DNA from: Eledone cirrhosa
Taxonomy: Eukaryota
Direction: 5' to 3'
Assembly (NCBI GenBank): GCA_964016885.1
Contig: OZ024753.1
Location: 3,968,001-4,032,000, forward strand
DNA: 64,000 nt
This document shows, one piece after another, positions 56,654-64,000 of the stretch; position 1 is the stretch's first letter, and the number at the start of each line of letters is the position of its first letter. The notes under the pieces are model-generated. The model was not told the origin of the DNA. It saw only the letters and a program-made list of their open reading frames with translations, and did not search any database. The translations under genes and the position numbers were made by a program.

Positions 56654-56656
<3 letters not shown>
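56184..56656 (+). mobile_element. Non-coding, terminally redundant hammerhead-containing element (retrozyme or non-autonomous Penelope-like) in (TA)n
   Basis: Direct repeat tgtattcagcca(cca)t(g/c)tagagcgaa.at.ttct at 56184-56220 and 56625-56656. Internal ~32-bp tandem repeats at 56269-56380. Hammerhead at 56433-56494. TA tracts on both sides. Confidence 0.7.
56433..56494 (+). ncRNA. Type I hammerhead ribozyme (near-complete)
   Basis: gaaca-gt-gaactgta | CTGATGA (56448-56454) | agggt-gat-acgca | GAAA (56468-56471) | tattagt-GTC (predicted cut after C56481) | tgcagttc-tgttc. Stem I is 8+5 bp with a 2-nt bulge, stem III is short and quasi-palindromic, stem II is imperfect. Confidence 0.75.
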
Positions 56657-56694
<38 letters not shown>

Positions 56695-56813
56695 TAAAGA
56701 AACAGTTTAAAGTTTAAGCAAAGAATCGGTGCTTTCACCCTTAACGGGATCTTCTGAAACTAATATATCTATCTATCTATCTATCTATCTATATATATAT
56801 ATATATATATAGA

Positions 56814-57104
56814 GTTATACTTGGGGAGGGTCATATTTGTGTAATATTGCCAGAATTAATAACAGAACACACTCACTGTTTGGTTGGTTTTCGCTTTTCG
56901 CTTCTGTGTCTTTTATATCGGTAATCTAATTTACTCGGTCCTCAATGTTGCCATTGACTGACAATGGCAACATTGAGGACCGAGTAAATTAGATTACCGA
57001 TATAAAAGACACAGAAGCGAAAAGCGAAAACCAACCAAACAGTGAGTGTGTTCTGTTATTAATTCTGGCAATATTACACAAATATGACCCTCCCTAAGTA
57101 TAAC
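56814..57104. repeat. 143-bp-arm near-perfect inverted repeat with a 5-nt loop
   Basis: Arms 56814-56956 and 56962-57104, loop ACTGA. One mismatch seen near the outer end. Starts at the edge of a TA tract. Confidence 0.95.
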
Positions 57105-57612
57105 AATATTTGTTTCGACACACGATTTCATATAAAAAAACCTCGCAAAACTATATATATATATATATATGCTTATTCGCGGAGGAAACACTACAAATTA
57201 AGTAATTCTGTTGGCAGGTATTATCAAGCATATATTAGTATTACAATTTGTATATTTAATGTTACCCACGTAAGAATCTATTCATGTATGTTTATCCTTG
57301 AAGGCAGTGTGGGTATTTCTTTTTTTACACACCGCCACGCCACTTGGTTAATAACATGATTTGAAATGGTTGTCCTTTAATTCATTTTTGAGAGTTAAGT
57401 CTTTCTGGAAGTTTGCTATATTCTGCATCGAATTAGTTTTCAACTTTCGACAAACAACAATATTTTTTAGTACAATTATTAATTCAAGTAGATCTATTAA
57501 AGATATAATTTGCTATGCGTTAAAATATACGAATTCATTTATTTGCAGTGTAAAGACGTCATACATATCTCAATATCGATCCATCTTTCTAAATTTGATA
57601 GATATTGAGAAA

Positions 57613-57832
57613 TATTGGTTTCTGATTTAGGCACAAGGCCAACACTTTTCAGGGAGGGGAAAGTCGATTAAATCGACATCAGTGCATTACTGTTACTTTA
57701 TTTTATCGACCCTATGAGGATGGAAAGCAAATCTAACCTCGGCTGGATTTGAAATCAGTTCGTAAAAGGCTGTAACTCGATGTCATAATGCATGTTGCCC
57801 GACGTTCCACTGATACTGCCAATTCACCACCC
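57613..57832 (-). mobile_element. Full-length SINE copy
   Basis: Reverse complement of the consensus: ttctgatttaggcacaaggcc...ttttatcgaccc...ggatttgaa...gatactgccaattcaccacc. Confidence 0.9.
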
Positions 57833-58376
57833 TAATGTTGAGAAATATTGCAATGGATAATTATTGAATGATTTATATATACTCATTAATCTATCTAAAT
57901 ACCATACTAAAAATGGATTATAGATTTTGACATGGCTTATTGGTTACTGATATCATAATTACAGGGGGTACGTTTGGTCTCCAGAGACGGTGATGTATTT
58001 TGCCGTGTTGCAACCATCTTTTATGTCACCTATTTTCAGTTCTTTTATATAAGTAGTAGAAATATCAAAATGTTAAGTTTGAAATGAACTGGCATGTCGT
58101 GTATTAGTATTTCTGTCACTCAATTACTGACAGGCACAGGAGAGAGACCAACGTATGAATCGGCCGAATCTGACTCTATTCACAGGAAAATATTTAATGT
58201 TTTCTTGTAACTTAAACATTCATCCTCTGCTGTAAATTTCCGAAAAAGGTTAATTCTGAAGAGCTTCCTATAGGTTTCGATTGACTAATCCCTTAAAAAC
58301 TAGATTTGAGTACTTTAGAATAAATACTAGCGACGCAGAAAGTATTGATGTCTGAAATAAAAAGATCTTAAGACCC

Positions 58377-58607
58377 TGAAGTACTTGTCAAATATAATTA
58401 TGATTTTGCGTCAGATTCTGAATTCTAAAGTTTAAAAATCAACATATATTTGTACAAAACGTATTTCATATTTTGTTTCACTTTCGTCAGACTAACAGTG
58501 AACAGAAGTGGATTGGTGTTTATGTACATATGGCGTTCTCTGTCCTTCGCGGGTTCATATCCAACATCATATTGGAGTCTTAAGTAAGTCAGTCTGATTC
58601 TAGTATA
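58377..58607 (+). repeat. 231-bp direct duplication, copy 1 (contains candidate exon 58491-58583)
   Basis: Matches 61487-61717 except at one base (58403 A vs 61513 G). Confidence 0.95.
58491..58583 (+). CDS. Candidate 93-bp internal exon, product unknown
   Basis: Acceptor ttttgtttcactttcgtcAG and donor GTAAGT. Length is a multiple of 3. One frame is open throughout: (R)LTVNRSGLVFMYIWRSLSFAGSYPTSYWSL(N/K). Confidence 0.35.
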   Translation, partial: TNSEQKWIGVYVHMAFSVLRGFISNIILES

Positions 58608-58901
58608 CATTTACATATTAACCAAGCTCCATCAGGTTTTATGGCAAGAAACATTTGTATGATGAACTATCGAGATACATTATTAGCAATATTAATATAT
58701 TCTATTATTAAAGCATTCATATATTCGGTAAATTTCACGATGGCTTGCATTATCTTTATCAAATTAACATTAATCTCATGATTATATATAATATGTCATA
58801 CTTTCAGACTAATCTTTTAAACGTAGGAATTCTTAATATATATTTTTCAATATTCTGTCTATGCCTATTCTATAGCTTCAGGTGTATCAGTTATCAGTGG
58901 C

Positions 58902-59020
<119 letters not shown>

Positions 59021-61486
59021 TATTGTTTATATTGTCGGCTCTGATGATTTTCCTCAGTTTATCATTAATAATTTGTAGCTAACCTATTATCTCTGATCGC
59101 CCTTAAATTAAATAGTTTATATTTTTTAACGGGGCATCTTAATTTCTTCTTGCTTTTTTCCGCTTTATTTTCTTCTTTTCTTTTCCATTTCCGAGTCTTT
59201 CATGCATCATCATTTTTCCTGACGTCATATACATTCTATGTGTACTTGTTATAGCTTAATTTGTTATAAATCAATGTCTTGTCTTTCCTCTATTATTGGA
59301 CAGCATTTGAATTGTGTCGGACGCTGTGAACTCGGGTGTATCGTTGGTAGTGGTCGAAGCTGCCAAAGTCGACTTCAACGACCGATGACACTGGAGCTCT
59401 GTGTTGTCCTTTTGTATTTATATTTAGAAAACAAAATAAAACAATTTTTTCTGGTTCCCCTTAGACAATTGTTTTCCGTTTTGCCTTGTTTTCGTCCTCT
59501 ATGACAATTGAAACCAAGCACACCTGGCATGATTTTACTGTTGTTGATACAGCCGTTTTGAAAGGTTTAATGGTATAAACGTTATCAGATAGATCGAAAT
59601 TATTTCATTATCCAAGCTGATTTTCACTATCTCTCTGATCTACTCACATTTCTCCTTTGTCAAATACATTCAGATAATCAAATGTCTTTCATATCCCACA
59701 TCAAATACAGACATCCATGCAATTTGTATTTATTATTTTCTCTAGAGAAATCTAAATTTTCTATTCAAACACTATACTGATTTACGTTTAAGACATTTAA
59801 TATATTTTTGGATTCTTGATATCTCATGCGAGTAGGTTTGAAGTATCTGGCTGAAACTCTAGCACTTGGTATTCATCGTATATACTAAATTCATCTGGCC
59901 ATGTCCCAAATGCTAGGAGTTTAAGCAGCAGAACTATGATGTTGTGCCAAACTACACAACTGATTTTGGCAAAATATTAATACGTTCTCTATGAACATTC
60001 ATTAAGTATATGATTTAAAGAGTTATCTGCTACGAAGCATCATATTTCATGTCACATTCCGAAACTAAATAATTGCTTACATCTTTCTCAAATGCAAATC
60101 TGTTTCTTTTGCTCTGATCTGTTTAACCAATAGTCCACTCGTTACGGTGCTATTATCTTAAAACTACTTAACCGTTTCATTACGTTTCTCATAGTGCATG
60201 TCATCAACACTATTCCCTAGATTAAAAGTAATGAAGCATGGTATATGTAATCTTTTATATTTTGCCACTCTAGACAAGGGGTTATGTGAGTTGTTTAATT
60301 GTAGCAAGAAAATTGTTTACTATACAGATTTGCTCACGCTGCTCTCCGCCACGCATTTACTGGGAAAGTTGTAGTCAAGTATATCAAATGCATTACATGA
60401 CTGGTACATATCTTAACGAACCACACCTGGGTTGGATTTCAGAACGTAAATATTAGGTTTTAAATATTATAAAGTAGTTTGCCTTCACACTGCTCCGATA
60501 CAAATTTTATACTGCATTCATATATTTAGCGTGACATTTTCTATTTGAATAAAACTCTAGAGTGTATATAAATATAGACAATCATAATACCAAAACCATC
60601 TGGATATACGCCGCGGGTAATATGGATGAATGAAATGGTTATCAGAAAAATATTTAGCCTAGTTATAAAATATTTCGTGGTTTCATGTTGTTAGGAAATT
60701 TGATTCCAAAAAAATTGGAGCCAACTACAAGAAGCATACTCAAGTTTTGTCAGTAATACATGGCCGTTATCCGAATCTTCGAGAGAGTAATTGAGCAGAC
60801 GGAAACTGTAGGAAAGCTCATTGGATACACAAGGCTCACTTGAGTGCGAGAATGAAGCTGTTGCTACATTTATTACACAGGTCCATCCTATAGCAAGCAT
60901 TTTGAGCAGCACTAAATCCTTTCAGCACTACCGAAACGCCAAAAATAAAATAATTGTTTTATTTAAACGCCTATCCTCTGCAAAGACATAATTGCACATA
61001 GAAATTAATACTTAGTTAATAGAATGCACATTTGAAAACTTTAATGATTGCCTGATACGATAAATATCATTTATTTTAATGTGTAAAGCGTAAGTGACTC
61101 CATAAAGCTTAGAAGCATACTCATTTCCGACAAAGTGTTCTGCTTAAAACGTCAATATTTCACAATGCCATATGGTATGCTTTATAAATATTCGTAAATG
61201 TTATTACCACCAATATCTTAGTTGCTCTAAACTACACCATGTTCATAATCGGAGTTAATTTATTCTATATGGGAATTTATATTTCATTTTTTTGTAAACT
61301 AATTCGTATTTGAGAGAACTTTTTAGTAATTCCTTTCGTGCTAGCATGACCTCAAGGGATGAATGAAAACTGTGTCTTATTTACGTATTTCTTGAATCCC
61401 TGCATAAATAAATTGAAATATGTAAACTAGAAGTGGAATTTGTTTACCGGCTATATCTCACCTCTTCTAAATATTTTTCTTTTCAA

Positions 61487-61717
61487 TGAAGTACTTGTCA
61501 AATATAATTATGGTTTTGCGTCAGATTCTGAATTCTAAAGTTTAAAAATCAACATATATTTGTACAAAACGTATTTCATATTTTGTTTCACTTTCGTCAG
61601 ACTAACAGTGAACAGAAGTGGATTGGTGTTTATGTACATATGGCGTTCTCTGTCCTTCGCGGGTTCATATCCAACATCATATTGGAGTCTTAAGTAAGTC
61701 AGTCTGATTCTAGTATA
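61487..61717 (+). repeat. 231-bp direct duplication, copy 2 (candidate exon 61601-61693)
   Basis: 3110 bp downstream of copy 1, with identical splice signals. Confidence 0.95.
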
Positions 61718-62344
61718 TATAATTCCAGTAGTATTTGCTCCTCGTGTTAAGAACGTACCTGGTTATTACATAGTAATATTTAAGCTAATAACGACAATAT
61801 TTTCCACGAAATGTCAAGTAGTTATTGTCAAAGCATACACGGATTGCCATACTTAAGTGATAAGGCTAATGACATATCACAGGAAATAAAAAAAAAAACA
61901 CATATTAATTTAGTATATTACGGCCTATCTTATAGAAATTAGGGAAAAGCAATCAATCCCCGATTGTATATAGAAACTTTTGCATAATGCGATAAACATT
62001 TCCAACAAATATTAAACAGTCAGAGCTAAGTACTTAATCTACATATGCATAAGTATATGTGCAGAATACGAATATTTTAAAGTTGTATCAACATTAATAC
62101 GTAGAAAATGACATCTGTTTATGTTTATTAGGGTATTTCAATGTTAGATCGCAGGAATAAAACCTCTTTCATGTAATTATAAATGCAATGAAGCTAACTC
62201 TAATTCTTTAGCACCTGCCTAATTTGATTGCAATTGTGCATTAAAGGGTGCTATTAGTAGTATTTGGAAACATTGTATTTGTATTGTAATTGTAATTGTA
62301 TTTGATTTATTATTTTGTATCATAACTGTGATTTGAAGATAATA

Positions 62345-62571
62345 CTGATGAAGATGACTACGGTGATGATGGTGATGATGATGATAATGATGATGATGAT
62401 GATGATGAGAAGGAGGAGGGTGATGATGATGATTATGATGATGATGATAATGATGAAGATAACGTTTATCATTGTGATAATTAATATGATAATGGTGGTG
62501 GTGGTGGCGATGATTGTGTCAGTGGTGGCTACAATGATAACGACGAAAATGATGACGACGATGGTGATGAC

Positions 62572-62645
<74 letters not shown>

Positions 62646-62725
62646 CGACGATGATGATGGTGGAAATGATGATAGCGACGATGATGATTATGATAATGAT
62701 GGTGTTGATGGTTATGATGAGACGA
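62345..62725. repeat. Degenerate (GAT)n trinucleotide repeat
   Basis: Direct observation. Explains the poly-Met and poly-Ile ORFs. Confidence 0.95.
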
Positions 62726-64000
62726 AGACGAATATTTTCATTATTCGACTGTTTCTGATAAAAGATTGTGATGTTCAAAATGATATAATTACGTTCGCCC
62801 ACGTGAAAAAACTAGACGATCAGTCCCTAAATTCAGCTAAATTAATCCATAGACAAAATCCATCCTTAGTAGGCACTTTTAGAAATTCCAGTTGAATAGA
62901 ATATATATATATGATTGAGCAGGTTTAATACGATCAATAAATGTCCACGGATGTCAAGATTTGAATTTATGTACAAGATCTATTCCCATCGGCAACATCT
63001 ACGTTTTCAATATCATTTGAAATATCATATCGGAACTCAAACGCCTGCTTGCAATCTCTAAATTTTAACATCCACGAAGGAAATATTTTTGCAGGAATGA
63101 TGCCAATCGAAAATTGTATTTTCTAATTCAATATTTATCATTTATGAAACATTAATTTTAATATGCGTCAAAAATGTTTTTGATCTTCGTCATTTGTTTC
63201 TCTGTATGTTGATAACATTTATTGATGCAAACTGTTTATTTACTGAATGGATCGAAAAATACATAGAAATAACCCTTGATACCACCAATTGTTCTGATAG
63301 AAATGACCCACTTGTACATATTTCATTTCCTGTAGCTTTCAGAAACCCATAGCTGTATAATTTTCTAAATTAATCGACAATCTCAAGTAATTTACTATTT
63401 CAGCTCACGGTATTACATGTGAAACTCTCACTCATTTATATTTATTATTCAGAATGATGTATCAAGGTATTATCCCTTACTTATATACTTTATCGTATAG
63501 TCATATAAATCATAAAGGAAAACAAACTAAGAGCAATGTTGGTGTAAAGCCAACATCTTTGACTGAATGTGGGATGTTGCTTTTCAACCATAGCTCTAGA
63601 AACTCACATGAAAGATATAAAGCATTTATTGAGTTTTCAGTTTAACATCAAGTCTATACCACAACAATATCTGAGTGAATGTACATAGTATAAATTACTG
63701 ACACATTTTTTCTTCCTTGCTTTGTTGCAAGATGGTGATGATCACTTAGCTCTCAAGTACATTTACTTTGCTGATAAAGATTCGATCTCAGCACATATCT
63801 ACGTTTCCCTGATATTGTCCTTTATTTTTAAGGGGTTTCACTTCACTAGAGCCTTTTATGAAGGGCGAAGTATATTCCTGCGGACATATCTAATCCGTAA
63901 CTATTTAAACGATCATTGAATACATTGAAGTATACGATTTCACACAGATGAAGAGTCGAACTCAGGCATATTATGTCGGTTTGCTGATGGGTTTATTGGC

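Noticed and set aside
58135-58160. TGERP zinc-finger linker-like string
   Set aside because: No flanking C2H2 Cys/His pattern.
58470-58495. Minus-strand CTGACGA-aagt-GAAA inside the duplicated block
   Set aside because: No stems I-III. Better explained as a + strand splice acceptor.
62315-62802. Poly-Met and poly-Ile ORFs
   Set aside because: Translations of the (GAT)n repeat.

Overview
AT-rich, repeat-dominated eukaryotic DNA. The microsatellite load and the tRNA-derived SINE family look like a coleoid cephalopod (Octopus-like) genome; this is an inference. No intact protein-coding gene can be supported, and almost all tracked ORFs are microsatellite or minisatellite artefacts. Recognisable content: about 20 copies of one Pol III SINE in two largely oppositely oriented clusters; decayed non-LTR retrotransposons of three clades (CRE/RLE, RTE, L1/Tx1); long simple repeats; a 200-N gap; and a near-identical 231-bp duplication containing a splice-bounded 93-bp exon-like unit. 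The most unusual signal is a set of small non-coding elements embedded in (TA)n tracts, mostly at 44-57 kb. They carry type I hammerhead ribozyme motifs (one near-complete at 56433-56494, several broken or half copies), terminal direct repeats and long fold-back palindromes (arms of 27-143 bp). This suggests a microsatellite-targeting, non-autonomous Penelope-like or retrozyme-like system. All motifs were read by eye; no alignment or folding software was run.
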